DNA of 64,000 bases. It comes from a bacterium. GTDB taxonomy: Bacteria; CLD3; SB21. Both the position numbers and the translations under genes were made by a program. Position 1 is the first letter of the stretch, and every line of letters starts with the position of its first letter. This document shows positions 40,631 through 50,877 of the stretch, piece after piece. The DNA lies in assembly GCA_013360215.1 (NCBI GenBank), contig JABWCP010000007.1, positions 62,001 through 126,000 on the forward strand, in the 5' to 3' direction. The notes beneath the pieces are model-generated. The model did not search any database and was not told the origin of the DNA. It was given only the letters and a program-made list of their open reading frames with translations.

Positions 40631-41457
40631 AACGAAATATGAAAAAAAGTTATAAATATGTTTGCCTGATGCTGTTTGTTGCCTTGCAGTCTTGCGAGAC
40701 TGATCCCAATCGAGTATTGAGCAAGCTCGGAATTCCTACCCCTCGGCTCATTAGGATTCAGGGAGGAAAATATGAAATGGGGTCGGACAGCCTTGCCGAA
40801 GCTTCACCCGTACATCGTGCAGCTGTGAATGAATTCTGGATGGGGGAGACGGAAGTGACGGTTGAGCAATTTCAGGCCTTCGTAGCGGAGACGGGATATA
40901 TCACAGAACCCGAAACCCTTGGCGGCGGTTGGATTCGCGATTCAGCCGGCTTTACGAAGAAATCTGACGCGTCGTGGAAAAATCCTTACTTTGCGCTGGT
41001 CAATGCTCAGCCGGTTGTTTTCGTCACCCGCCGGGATGCGGAGGCCTATTGTATTTGGTTGAGCCGGCGATCCGGATTAGCGATCCATTTGCCCTCGGAG
41101 GTTAAATGGGAATATGCGTGTCGTGGAGGGCAGAGGATAGAGTTTGTCAATGGTTGGACGGCAGAAAATAGCGGGATGCGAATTCATGACGTGGCTCAGA
41201 AAGCGCCCAATCATTTCGGGTTGTATGATATTCAGGGCAATGTTTGGGAATGGACAGCCGATGATTATGCCAATTACACGAAGGAGAGTGTGGCCGATTC
41301 CGCCCGGCGAAATGATGGCTCGCGCGGCGCTGTGATGCGAGGCGGGAGTTATGCGTTTCCGGTATCATTCGCATCCGTTTTTTTCAGGCAGCCTGGCCAC
41401 GGCGCAATTGCACGAGCTCAAGACCTTGGCTTTCGGGTCGTTATTTCTCCTGAGTGA
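40627..41457 (+). CDS. Formylglycine-generating-enzyme (SUMF1/FGE-sulfatase) domain lipoprotein
   Basis: ETEVTVEQF, LPSEVKWEYACRG, PNHFGLYDIQGNVWEW, RGGS, GFRV. Confidence 0.9.
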   Translation: MKRNMKKSYKYVCLMLFVALQSCETDPNRVLSKLGIPTPRLIRIQGGKYEMGSDSLAEASPVHRAAVNEFWMGETEVTVEQFQAFVAETGYITEPETLGGGWIRDSAGFTKKSDASWKNPYFALVNAQPVVFVTRRDAEAYCIWLSRRSGLAIHLPSEVKWEYACRGGQRIEFVNGWTAENSGMRIHDVAQKAPNHFGLYDIQGNVWEWTADDYANYTKESVADSARRNDGSRGAVMRGGSYAFPVSFASVFFRQPGHGAIARAQDLGFRVVISPE

Positions 41458-41660
41458 ATTTCCAAAAAAAACACTATGAGTTTTATAGCGCGTGATTGTA
41501 TAAAACAGCCCGAATGCGGGTAACATTAGCTCGAAAAGCAATCAACTCGTAGTTAACCTTGATATAGGTATACATAAGAATGTAATTATCGATCATAACA
41601 AACCGATCTGCAGCAACTACGCCGTAGAAGTGTTTACGCTTTCAAATTCTGTGAGATGAT

Positions 41661-41772
41661 GCGCGCGGCGCCGTGGCGCACGTAGCCCACGCAAAGCGCC
41701 AAAGGCGCTGCGGAGGCCGACAGCCCGAAGCCAGCCCGACCCGACACGCCACAGGCGTGACGGGGCACGCCC
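41661..41772. repeat. GC-rich structured intergenic element, copy A
   Basis: Shares GCGCCAAAGGCGC, GCGGAGGCCGA, AGCCCGACCCG and GACGGGGCACGCC blocks with 58816-58929. Confidence 0.8.
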
Positions 41773-41861
41773 AAGTGATCGGTCGTCGTATCGGTGTGTT
41801 TTTAGTAGAAATTCTCGTGCTATCGTATTAGATTGCGCCGCATTTGTAAAACAGCGGTGTC

Positions 41862-43280
41862 ATGGCTAAAACCAAATCTTATTTTGTCTGCCAATCGTGC
41901 GGCTACAAGTCCAGCAAATCGCTCGGACGCTGTCCGGAGTGTATGACGTGGAATTCGATGGTCGAAGAACAATCGGCTACGGAATCGTCCTCGGCACGCA
42001 CGCCGGATAATATACTCAAGCAGTTCGGCGCGGTGGACGCTTCGACGTATGCGGATTTTTCGGAAACGCCGCAAACGCTGGATCGCATCGAAGTGCGACC
42101 GGATCACCGCTTAGTTTCCGGTATCACCGAACTGGACCGCGTGCTGGGCGGCGGTATCGTCAAAGGGTCGCTTGTTTTGGTCGGTGGCGAACCGGGTATC
42201 GGCAAGTCCACGTTGCTTTTGCAGATGGCGGCCTATCAACGCGCCAAAACGCTGTACGTCTCCGGCGAAGAATCCGTGCAGCAAATCAAATCGCGTGCCG
42301 AACGCATCCAGGCTCCGCACGGCGGCATGCTGGTCGTCGCGGAAACCAATCTTCATAAAATCCTGCAGCATATTTTGCAAACCAAACCGCAGGTCGTCGT
42401 GATTGACTCCATCCAGACGCTGTACCGCGATGAAATGGAAAGCGCACCGGGCAGTGTCGGGCAAGTGCGCGAATGTACGGCCATCCTGATGCATCTAGCC
42501 AAAACGCACGGCATTTCGATATTCCTCGTCGGCCACGTGACCAAAGACGGTATGATCGCCGGCCCTAAAGTTTTGGAACATATCGTAGATACCGTGTTGC
42601 AGTTTGAAGGCGATACCAATCATCTTTTTCGCATTTTGCGCGCCGTAAAAAATCGTTTTGGTTCAACCAACGAAATCGGAATTTTTGAAATGCGGCAGGA
42701 AGGTTTGGCCGAAGTAGCCAACCCATCGGAATTATTTTTATCGGAACGCTACCTCCATCATTCCGGTTCCGTCGTAACGCCGGTCGTCGAAGGTTCGCGC
42801 GTGCTTTTGGTCGAAGTGCAGGCGCTGGCCAGCGTGACCAACTACGGCATGCCGCAGCGCACGACATCGGGCTTTGATCTACGCCGCCTGCAACTGCTGA
42901 TTGCCGTTCTCGAAAAGCGCGCACGTATACCGCTCGGGCAATACGATGTTTTTTTGAATATCGCGGGCGGATTAAAAACGGATGAACCGGCGATCGACCT
43001 TGCTGTGGCCCTGGCCGTCGCATCAAGCCACCGCGACTTCGTCGTGGATCCGTATACGGCGGTCATCGGTGAAATCGGACTCGGCGGCGAAGTACGCGCC
43101 GTCAGTTTTGCCGAACGACGGGTGCGGGAAGCGCTCAAACTGGGATTTGAAACCGTGATCCTGCCAAAAAGTAATATGAAAGACGTGAGTTTTGTAAGCG
43201 GCGTCAATCTGATCGGCATTCGCCGCATCGAAGAAGTTTTAGACGCGGTCACCGCACATACCGGACGCACGGAGTCCTGA
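41862..43280 (+). CDS. radA: DNA repair protein RadA/Sms
   Basis: CQSCG...CPEC zinc finger, GGEPGIGKSTL, KNRFG, GEIGLGGEVR. Confidence 0.98.
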   Translation: MAKTKSYFVCQSCGYKSSKSLGRCPECMTWNSMVEEQSATESSSARTPDNILKQFGAVDASTYADFSETPQTLDRIEVRPDHRLVSGITELDRVLGGGIVKGSLVLVGGEPGIGKSTLLLQMAAYQRAKTLYVSGEESVQQIKSRAERIQAPHGGMLVVAETNLHKILQHILQTKPQVVVIDSIQTLYRDEMESAPGSVGQVRECTAILMHLAKTHGISIFLVGHVTKDGMIAGPKVLEHIVDTVLQFEGDTNHLFRILRAVKNRFGSTNEIGIFEMRQEGLAEVANPSELFLSERYLHHSGSVVTPVVEGSRVLLVEVQALASVTNYGMPQRTTSGFDLRRLQLLIAVLEKRARIPLGQYDVFLNIAGGLKTDEPAIDLAVALAVASSHRDFVVDPYTAVIGEIGLGGEVRAVSFAERRVREALKLGFETVILPKSNMKDVSFVSGVNLIGIRRIEEVLDAVTAHTGRTES

Positions 43281-43281
43281 G

Positions 43282-43629
43282 ATGTATCTGCGGGATTGGA
43301 TCATCGCTTTGCATGAAAAAAAACGATTTCCGGCGCATCTTTGTTTGGATACCGGATGCACGCTGGTCATCGAAAAAATCAAACCGCTGGTGATCGTGCT
43401 GAATGCGCTGGTGGATAATCTGCGTTCGGTGAGCACACAGGAAATACACATTGATCTGGATGCGCATCAAAAGAAGGATCAACTCGTATTGATCGTACAT
43501 ACTGATCGGGAAACCAAACCGGTTGTGAAGACAATGATCACCGATGCCATGCATGAAATCGGCGCCGAGTTTTATGAAGAATTCATGCCGAAGCAATATT
43601 TGAAGTATCAATTGACATTTTCACGATAA
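43282..43629 (+). CDS. Hypothetical protein
   Basis: 115-aa ORF that fills the gap between radA and yebC exactly. Confidence 0.65.
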   Translation: MYLRDWIIALHEKKRFPAHLCLDTGCTLVIEKIKPLVIVLNALVDNLRSVSTQEIHIDLDAHQKKDQLVLIVHTDRETKPVVKTMITDAMHEIGAEFYEEFMPKQYLKYQLTFSR

Positions 43630-43645
43630 ATAAAGGACGAAGACC

Positions 43646-44353
43646 ATGGGTCGTATTTTTGAAAAACGTAAATACAAAATGTTTGCCCGTTTTGACCGGA
43701 TGGCAAAAACGTTTACCCGTATCGGTAAAGAAGTGGCCATTGCCGTCAAACAAGGCGGCCCCGATCCCAATACCAATCCCCGTTTGCGCGCCGCTATCGC
43801 CAATGCCAAAGCCGCCAATATGCCCAAAGACCGCGTGGATGCCGCGATCAAACGCGCTTCATCCAAAGATGAGAAAGAATTGCAGGAAATCATCTATGAA
43901 GGATACGGCCCGCACGGTATCGGCATGATCGTCGAATGCGCCACGGATAATCCCACGCGTACGGTGGCTAATATTCGCATGTACTTTACCAAACACGGCG
44001 GCACGCTCGGTTCCTCCGGTTCGGTTGCGTTTCTTTTCGAACGTAAAGGCGTTTTTAAAATCGGTAAAGAAGGCGTGGACTCCGACGAACTGGAACTGGA
44101 AATGATAGACTACGGTGCGGAAGACTTTGCCGTGGATGATGAAGATATCTATATCTATACGTCTTTTGGCGACTTTGTCAAAATGCAAAAAGCGCTCGAA
44201 GAGAAAAAACTCAACGTCAAATCGGCGGAATTGCAGTATATTCCATCCACGCAAACGGATGTCAACGAAAAACAAGAAGAAGACGTCATCAAATTAGTCG
44301 AAGCCATCGAAGAAGATGACGATGTACAAAATGTTTTTCACGCCATGAAATAA
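43646..44353 (+). CDS. yebC: YebC/PmpR family protein
   Basis: GGPDPNTNPRLR, NMPKD, YEGYGP, TDNPTRT, DDDVQNVFH. Confidence 0.95.
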   Translation: MGRIFEKRKYKMFARFDRMAKTFTRIGKEVAIAVKQGGPDPNTNPRLRAAIANAKAANMPKDRVDAAIKRASSKDEKELQEIIYEGYGPHGIGMIVECATDNPTRTVANIRMYFTKHGGTLGSSGSVAFLFERKGVFKIGKEGVDSDELELEMIDYGAEDFAVDDEDIYIYTSFGDFVKMQKALEEKKLNVKSAELQYIPSTQTDVNEKQEEDVIKLVEAIEEDDDVQNVFHAMK

Positions 44354-44377
44354 TCGCACGGAACGGGTTTTAAAAAA

Positions 44378-44923
44378 ATGGGCGCGATCCTCAAACAAGA
44401 ACCGGTCAAACTGATCTGCGGATTATTTTGGAATCCGGAGGTCAACCCGGAAACGATCTACCGCGTGATCGAAGCGGAGTGGGGTCCTATGGATGCGCGT
44501 TCGCCGGTTTTTGATTTTGATTTTACGGCGTACTATCAAGACGAGATGGGCGCGGTGATCCAAAAACAGTACGTGTCCTTCGAAAAACTGGTGGATATCC
44601 AAGCTATAACAGATTACAAAATTCGCTCCAATGCGCTTGAAGATCAGCACTTTACCCGGGACGGAAAACGTGCGGCCAATATAGATCCCGGCTATATCGC
44701 CGATGCCAAACTCGTCATGGCGACAACTAAAAATCTGCCGCACCGCGTGTATATCGGAAAAAATATTTATTCCGATCTGCAGATGATGTATAAAAAACCG
44801 ACTTTTTTTCCGATCAGTTGGACTTTTGCCGACGTCAAACAACCGGCGTTGATCGAATTTTTTAATCACGTGCGCGAAACGTATATCCGGCAAATCAAAA
44901 CCCTACGCCAAAACGAAGTATGA
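44378..44923 (+). CDS. DUF4416 family protein
   Basis: YYQDEMG, R.ANIDPGY, ATTKN..HRVY. Confidence 0.8.
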   Translation: MGAILKQEPVKLICGLFWNPEVNPETIYRVIEAEWGPMDARSPVFDFDFTAYYQDEMGAVIQKQYVSFEKLVDIQAITDYKIRSNALEDQHFTRDGKRAANIDPGYIADAKLVMATTKNLPHRVYIGKNIYSDLQMMYKKPTFFPISWTFADVKQPALIEFFNHVRETYIRQIKTLRQNEV

Positions 44924-45813
44924 GCCTCGCCCTGCATCATGTCGTCAAATCCTACGCTGACACAACGGCGGTCAAAGGATTGTCTTTCGAAGTGGAGCGC
45001 GGTGAAATATTTGGCCTGATCGGGCCCAATGGCGCGGGTAAAACCACGACCATGCGTATGATCATCGGCATGATCAAACCCGACGAAGGCCGGATCACAT
45101 GGCTCGGCGAACCTTTGCAGGCGTCGTTTAATGATCGCATCGGATATATGCCGGAAGAGCGCGGGCTCTATCGCCGCAGCCGCGTGCTGGATACGATCGT
45201 TTTTTTTGCCAAACTCAAAGGTCTGTCTAAAAAAACAGCGTTGGCCGAAGCGCATCGCTGGCTTGAAAAAACGGAACTCTCCGCGTATGCCACGCATCGT
45301 CTCGAGGCACTCTCCAAAGGCATGCAACAAAAAATACAGTTTATCTGTACCGTGCTTCACAAACCGGAACTTGTGATCTTAGATGAACCGTTTTCCGGAC
45401 TCGATCCCGTCAATCAAAATCTCATGCGTGCATGGATACGCGAACTGGCGGATGCCGGTATGACCGTGATTTTTTCAGCGCACCAGATGACGCATGTCGA
45501 AAAACTCTGTCGTCGTATCTGTATGATGCATCACGGCGTACCTGTACTTCATGACACGATCGCAGCGATACGACGTCAGCACGATGACGGACGCATACGC
45601 CTGACCGGTTCCGCAGAAGCCCTGCGCGAAGTGCTGAACACGATGGCATGGTCATCCCTGCACATTTCGGATCAGATATTGGACGGCATTCCGCCGGCCC
45701 CCATGTCATTTAATCAGATATTACAACGTATTGCAACACTCGACGGCATCGAAGGTATCGAACGCGTTCATCCTACGTTGGAAGATATTTTTTTGAAAGT
45801 GACGAAGAACTAG
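44920..45813 (+). CDS. ABC-2 type transporter ATP-binding protein (NatA/YhaQ-like)
   Basis: GPNGAGKTT, GYMPEERGLY, LSKGMQQK, ILDEPFSGLDP, PTLEDIF. Confidence 0.93.
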   Translation: MSLALHHVVKSYADTTAVKGLSFEVERGEIFGLIGPNGAGKTTTMRMIIGMIKPDEGRITWLGEPLQASFNDRIGYMPEERGLYRRSRVLDTIVFFAKLKGLSKKTALAEAHRWLEKTELSAYATHRLEALSKGMQQKIQFICTVLHKPELVILDEPFSGLDPVNQNLMRAWIRELADAGMTVIFSAHQMTHVEKLCRRICMMHHGVPVLHDTIAAIRRQHDDGRIRLTGSAEALREVLNTMAWSSLHISDQILDGIPPAPMSFNQILQRIATLDGIEGIERVHPTLEDIFLKVTKN

Positions 45814-46062
45814 AGCGATGGGAGGCTACATCGGAAGGCATCTGCCTTTGATTTACAGAATTTCATTGTTTGACATAAAAAATTTGCTGCGTAGCCGGGT
45901 TAATAATTACACGAATGAGCAGATTGATAACCAAGATAAAAATATAAACTTTCCCTTGGGTACACACACTCTCTTAGCAGCTAGATTCCTCTCGCTATGA
46001 AAAAAGTATGTATAGTGATCACAGTCTCAAGTTATTTGATTTCTCCCAAACCCTTTACTGTG

Positions 46063-46473
46063 TTATAATGTCGGCTTTCGGTAAATCGTGAGCGCGTGTG
46101 TCACGCCGCCGTCGCATGCACCCATGTGAACATGACCGGCTAACGTGTCAGGGTGAGTGAGCGTCATGTCAATATCCGGTGAACAATAGGAACCATGCGC
46201 ATGCCCGGTAAACTGATCACCGTCCATCGTACCTTCGATCGTACCGCTGTCGCCGCCGCCGTCACTAAACTGATCAATCACTCGAAAATAGCCCGATACG
46301 TTTTCAGCATCTTGTTCAAGCTTCATCTCAATGTATGAATCGCCTTCGCCGGTAAATACGGTTCCCTCCCATTCACCGGCAATACTTTCGTATGAACTGT
46401 CGTCCGAGCAGGATTTGAGCATTCCTAATCCCAGAGCTACGATGATGGTTATCTTCATTGATCTGAGCAGCAT
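46063..46473 (-). CDS. Hypothetical lipoprotein
   Basis: Lipobox LKSC, IAGEWEG beta-barrel-like start. Start codon uncertain. Confidence 0.6.
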   Translation of the reverse strand: MLLRSMKITIIVALGLGMLKSCSDDSSYESIAGEWEGTVFTGEGDSYIEMKLEQDAENVSGYFRVIDQFSDGGGDSGTIEGTMDGDQFTGHAHGSYCSPDIDMTLTHPDTLAGHVHMGACDGGVTHALTIYRKPTL

Positions 46474-46676
46474 AAAAGCCTCACAACGTGATTTGAGCCG
46501 TAGCATGATTGCTAGTGCTGGCCTGATTAAAATACGAAATCGGCGCTATTTGCGGCATGAGCAGTGTCACTATAGATTTGCTACACGAGGGACTGAAGAA
46601 GATGGATATAAAATAAGCGACACGTACAAAATGTGCTTTATGTCATGTTGTGGAGGGGCTTGTGTGTGACGGTAGT

Positions 46677-46706
46677 AAAAAAACTCCCCTTCTTACGAAG
46701 GGGAGT
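46677..46706 (-). terminator. Intrinsic terminator of the oxidoreductase operon
   Basis: ACTCCCCTTC-GTAA-GAAGGGGAGT followed by a T tract on the minus strand. Confidence 0.88.
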
Positions 46707-46728
46707 CGTCCTACCATTAACCGGCGTA

Positions 46729-48177
46729 TTACACCACGGGTTCACCGGGCTTGGCTATTTCGCCGTGGAATGCCCGGATTCCCCAATCAAAAGCTTCTTC
46801 GTTGAGCGGGATCATGGCGCATTTGTCTTTGAGCGCCTGACGAATGGCGGTAAGGAATGTATCTTTGGGAAACATCTGAGTCGCCGCCTGGAGTGCGCCG
46901 AGCGCGACGATATTTTTGACCATCGCCCGGCCAAGATCCATACCGATCTGAGTAAAAGGAATGCCATACATACGTACACCGTGATTAAAGTTAGGTGGAT
47001 TGGGGATCACGGAGCTGTCGTATAAAATAATACCATTGGCAGCAACCTGCGGACCAAATTTGAGAAGGCTTGGCGCATTAAATGCGATGAGGACATTGGG
47101 ATGCGGTGAAGCAGGGGAAAGCACTTCCTCTTCCGCGATGTGTACATCCGCGTAGGACGTGCCGCCGCGCGACTCGGGTCCGTAGCTTGGAATATGAGTT
47201 GCATCAAAACCTTCATTGATACCGGCGCGGGTGATCAGCATAGCTGCCGTTTGTGCGCCGTCACCGCCGGACCCTGCGAGCTTCAGCGCGATATCGTGCG
47301 GTGCGATGTGGTGCGGGAACGCCGTACAAAAACGTTTTTCCTTTTGCGATGAAGCGTTGATCTTTTCCATCATCTTGGCTGCATCAAAATTCGGTTCCTC
47401 CAGCATAAACCACGGTTCGCGCGGCACGTCTTTTTTTACGCCCAGCGGAAATACAGCCGTCATTTCTTTTTCTACCCAGGCTTCCGCTTCCGAAGGTGTC
47501 ATCTTGAGATGCGTGGGGCATTCCGATAAAATCTCGACGAACGCAAATCCGCGGCCTTCGACCTGAAGCTGCAAAGCTTTTTTGATGGCTTTTTTGGCAT
47601 GCACGCGCTGTTTGCTGTCGTACAAAGCGACACGTTCGATATAGACAGGCCCGTCCATCTGCGCGAGGATTTCTGACATGCGCAGCGGCATACCCATCAT
47701 CGTATCGCGGCCGTGCGGTGAGGTGGATGTTTTTTGTCCCATCAGCGTGGTGGGCGCCATTTGGCCGCCGGTCATACCGTAGATTGCATTATTCACAAAA
47801 ATCACGGTGATGGGAATGCCCAGTTGCGCGGCCTGCATGATTTCTGCCAAGCCTATGGATGCAAGATCGCCGTCACCCTGATAACTGATGACGATCGAAT
47901 TGGGATTGGCCATCTTATGAGCGATCGCTACCGACGGAGCGCGTCCGTGTGCGGCTTGGGTATTACCTACATCCAGATAATAATACATAAATACGCTGCA
48001 TCCGACGGGTGAAATCGCGATGGTACGATCCTGTATACCCAGTTCGTCTATCGTCTCGGCTAAAAACTTATGTGCCAAGCCGTGGCCACATCCCGGGCAG
48101 TAGTGGGTCGAATGACCTTTGAGTCCTTCACCGTGGGCGTGCCGCTCAAAATTTTCATAAAATACGCTCGTTTTCAT
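46729..48177 (-). CDS. 2-oxoacid:ferredoxin oxidoreductase, fused beta (TPP) + gamma subunit
   Basis: YCPGCGH, PVGCS, GDGD, NNAIYGMTGGQMAPT; then GSGGDG, PSYGPESRGG, NIVALGA. Confidence 0.92.
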   Translation of the reverse strand: MKTSVFYENFERHAHGEGLKGHSTHYCPGCGHGLAHKFLAETIDELGIQDRTIAISPVGCSVFMYYYLDVGNTQAAHGRAPSVAIAHKMANPNSIVISYQGDGDLASIGLAEIMQAAQLGIPITVIFVNNAIYGMTGGQMAPTTLMGQKTSTSPHGRDTMMGMPLRMSEILAQMDGPVYIERVALYDSKQRVHAKKAIKKALQLQVEGRGFAFVEILSECPTHLKMTPSEAEAWVEKEMTAVFPLGVKKDVPREPWFMLEEPNFDAAKMMEKINASSQKEKRFCTAFPHHIAPHDIALKLAGSGGDGAQTAAMLITRAGINEGFDATHIPSYGPESRGGTSYADVHIAEEEVLSPASPHPNVLIAFNAPSLLKFGPQVAANGIILYDSSVIPNPPNFNHGVRMYGIPFTQIGMDLGRAMVKNIVALGALQAATQMFPKDTFLTAIRQALKDKCAMIPLNEEAFDWGIRAFHGEIAKPGEPVV

Positions 48178-49562
48178 GCGATCACCTCTTCCATCGATAA
48201 AACTTTTTCAACGATTTCGTGCGTTTGCGGAAGTACGCCGCCAAAATGACGGACATGTTCTACCCGCGGCATCGGCAGTTCGGCTTTGCTCATCGCTAAA
48301 CGCAATTCGTCCTCCAGTTGTCCGTTGCCGGCTTCGACGCAGATGATCTGTTTGACGTGATACAAGAGCGGCTTGAGCCGATCTATCGGGAAAGGCCACA
48401 ATGTGATCGGCCTGAAGAGTCCGACGCGCATACCCTGACGGCGCAATTCCTGTACAGCGCCTTTGGCCATGCGTGCGGGTGTATTGGCGGCTACGATGAG
48501 TACATCCGCATCTTCGCACCGGAAAAGATCGGCCTGCTGTTCATGATGCGTCATCTGCGCATACTTTTGATTGATCATCAGATTATGTTTTTCGAGATCC
48601 TGTTCGCTGAGTTGAATGGACGAAATCAGATTGCCGCGGTGCGCTTCGTCGCCCCATACGGCCCATGCCGGCAACCCGGGTTTGATCATGTGATCCGGCA
48701 ATTCCACTTTACCGGTCATCTGGCCCATATAGCCGTCACCGACGACGATCACGGGATTGCGGTATTTGAAGGCAAGCTGAAACGCCTGCATCGTAAGATC
48801 CATCATCTCCTGCGGAGAAGACGGTGCCAGTACGATCGCATGCGTATTACCGTGACCGAGTCCGCGGCACACGAGTTTGATGTCTGCTTGTTCCGGGCCG
48901 ATATTGCCCAGTCCCGGGCCACCGCGCATGACATTGACAAACACAGCGGGTAATTCTGCGCCGATCATGTAAGAAATACCTTCGAGCATGAGGCTAAATC
49001 CGGGTGACGAAGTAAACGTCATACACGGTAAACCGGCCGATGCACAGCCGTACAGATAGTTGACCGCCGCCACTTCGCTCACGGCCTGCACAAAAACGCC
49101 GTTGAGTTCGGGCAATAATTTCGCCATGAGTTCCGAACCTTCGGTAGACGGCGTGATAGGATAACCGTAAAAATGACGGCATCCTGCGAGCAGCGCGCCG
49201 ATCGCGGAAGCGTACGTACCTTTGATGACAAGCGGTTCGCTCGGTGGCAATGCGATCAGGCGTGCCGCGATATCTTCGGCAGGTTGCGAGGAAGTGGGGC
49301 GCGGACCGTTGAGCGAAAACGGATCCACCATTTCGACAAAAGGTTCGTTTTCCAGCGGTCGTAACCCAAAAGGTTCGGGACAGGCGCTGATACAGAGCCC
49401 GCAGCCGGAGCATTCTTCGAGATGCAATTCGATCGGTATCATCCCGCTGACGGGATGCACTTCGTGCCCGGGTGTGATGCAGCCTTTGGCGCAGGCTTCG
49501 ACGCAACGTTCGCAGCCTTTACAAAATTCGGGCATTACAAATGGTTTAGGTCTGGCTTTCAT
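48174..49562 (-). CDS. 2-oxoacid:ferredoxin oxidoreductase, fused delta (2x4Fe-4S) + alpha subunit (VorB-like)
   Basis: CKGCERCVEAC and CSGCGLCISACP; YGYPITPS, SSPGFSL, RGGPGLG. Start set at MKARPK. Confidence 0.92.
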   Translation of the reverse strand: MKARPKPFVMPEFCKGCERCVEACAKGCITPGHEVHPVSGMIPIELHLEECSGCGLCISACPEPFGLRPLENEPFVEMVDPFSLNGPRPTSSQPAEDIAARLIALPPSEPLVIKGTYASAIGALLAGCRHFYGYPITPSTEGSELMAKLLPELNGVFVQAVSEVAAVNYLYGCASAGLPCMTFTSSPGFSLMLEGISYMIGAELPAVFVNVMRGGPGLGNIGPEQADIKLVCRGLGHGNTHAIVLAPSSPQEMMDLTMQAFQLAFKYRNPVIVVGDGYMGQMTGKVELPDHMIKPGLPAWAVWGDEAHRGNLISSIQLSEQDLEKHNLMINQKYAQMTHHEQQADLFRCEDADVLIVAANTPARMAKGAVQELRRQGMRVGLFRPITLWPFPIDRLKPLLYHVKQIICVEAGNGQLEDELRLAMSKAELPMPRVEHVRHFGGVLPQTHEIVEKVLSMEEVIA

Positions 49563-49572
49563 CGCCGTGTCC

Positions 49573-50877
49573 TTACTTAGAATTATATTTGAATCGTTCG
49601 TGCGCCGCGCGCGCAAGTTCTTCCCGGAAATCCGGGTGCGCGATGGCGATCAGCGCGTCGGCACGTTCGCGTAGATTTTTGCCATGAAGATAAGCTATAC
49701 CAAATTCCGTAACGATATAGTGTACATCGGCCCGCGTCGTGACTACACCTGCCCCCGATTTAAGAGCCGGTGCGATGCGGGATGTTTTCCCGCCTTGTGC
49801 CGTAGCCGGCAGCGCGATGATCGGTTTGCCGCCTTTGGCGTAAGCGGCGCCGCGAATAAAATCCACCTGACCGCCGAATCCGGAGAAAATTTTAGTGCCG
49901 ATGGAGTCAGCACAAATCTGTCCGGTGATATCCACTTCGATGGCGGAATTAACCGCGACCATATTTTCATTACGCGAAATGATGAACGGATCGTTGGTAT
50001 AATCCGAAGGACGAAATTCGAACATCGGATTATTATCGATATAATTGTAGAGGTGTTTGGAACCGAGTGCGAACGTACCGATCACTTTTCCGGGATGCAG
50101 TGTTTTTTTGGAACCCGTAACGATACCGGATTCGATAGCTTGTATCACACCGTCGGAAACCATCTCCGTATGAATACCCAAATCACGTTTGTCGGCGAGC
50201 GATGCCAATACGGCATCCGGAATACCGCCGATACCAAGCTGGAGCGTAGCACCGTTGTCTACAAGTTGAGCCACGTATTGACCGATGCGTTTTTCCGTGT
50301 CGGTGATTTGCGGGCGCGGTAACTCCGGCAAATCTTCATGCACTTCGACAAGTTTGTGAATTTTGGAAACGTGCACAAAACAATCGCCGAGCGTGCGCGG
50401 CATGTTTTCATTGACCTGAGCAAGTACGATTTTAGCGGCACGTATCGCGGCCATCGTAGCCAGCGTTTCCACCCCGAGACTCATGTAACCGTGATCATCC
50501 GGCATGGAGGTCTGAATGATAGCTACGTCGAGTTTCTTTTCGCCCGAAGCAAAAAGTTTGGGAATTTCGTAGAGGAAAACGGGGATATAGTCGGCGCGTC
50601 CGTCATTGACGGCATCACGATCGGCCGGGCCTACAAATAATGAATTATGACGAAAATGCCCGGCCATTTCCGGTTTGGAAAGCGGGTCATCGCCGAGTAA
50701 AAGCACGTGGGTTACTTCGACATCGGTAAGTTCGTCTTTACGTTTTGCAAGCGCACTGAGCAGGACATACGATGTGGCGGCATTACCGCTCGTAAATACA
50801 CGATCGCCGGGTTTGATGGCCAATACGGCCTCTTCCGCAGTTACCGTTTTGCGTTTATAATCTTCACGCCATCCCAT
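49573..50877 (-). CDS. Acetyl-CoA hydrolase / 4-hydroxybutyrate CoA-transferase family
   Basis: LQLGIGGIP, HTEM, SGFGGQVDF, YIVTEFG, IAHPDFR. Confidence 0.93.
   Translation of the reverse strand: MGWREDYKRKTVTAEEAVLAIKPGDRVFTSGNAATSYVLLSALAKRKDELTDVEVTHVLLLGDDPLSKPEMAGHFRHNSLFVGPADRDAVNDGRADYIPVFLYEIPKLFASGEKKLDVAIIQTSMPDDHGYMSLGVETLATMAAIRAAKIVLAQVNENMPRTLGDCFVHVSKIHKLVEVHEDLPELPRPQITDTEKRIGQYVAQLVDNGATLQLGIGGIPDAVLASLADKRDLGIHTEMVSDGVIQAIESGIVTGSKKTLHPGKVIGTFALGSKHLYNYIDNNPMFEFRPSDYTNDPFIISRNENMVAVNSAIEVDITGQICADSIGTKIFSGFGGQVDFIRGAAYAKGGKPIIALPATAQGGKTSRIAPALKSGAGVVTTRADVHYIVTEFGIAYLHGKNLRERADALIAIAHPDFREELARAAHERFKYNSK

Noticed and set aside
41460-41650. Integron attC site after the FGE gene
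   Set aside because: A GTTAAC is present, but there is no matching inverse core with a paired stem and no integrase.
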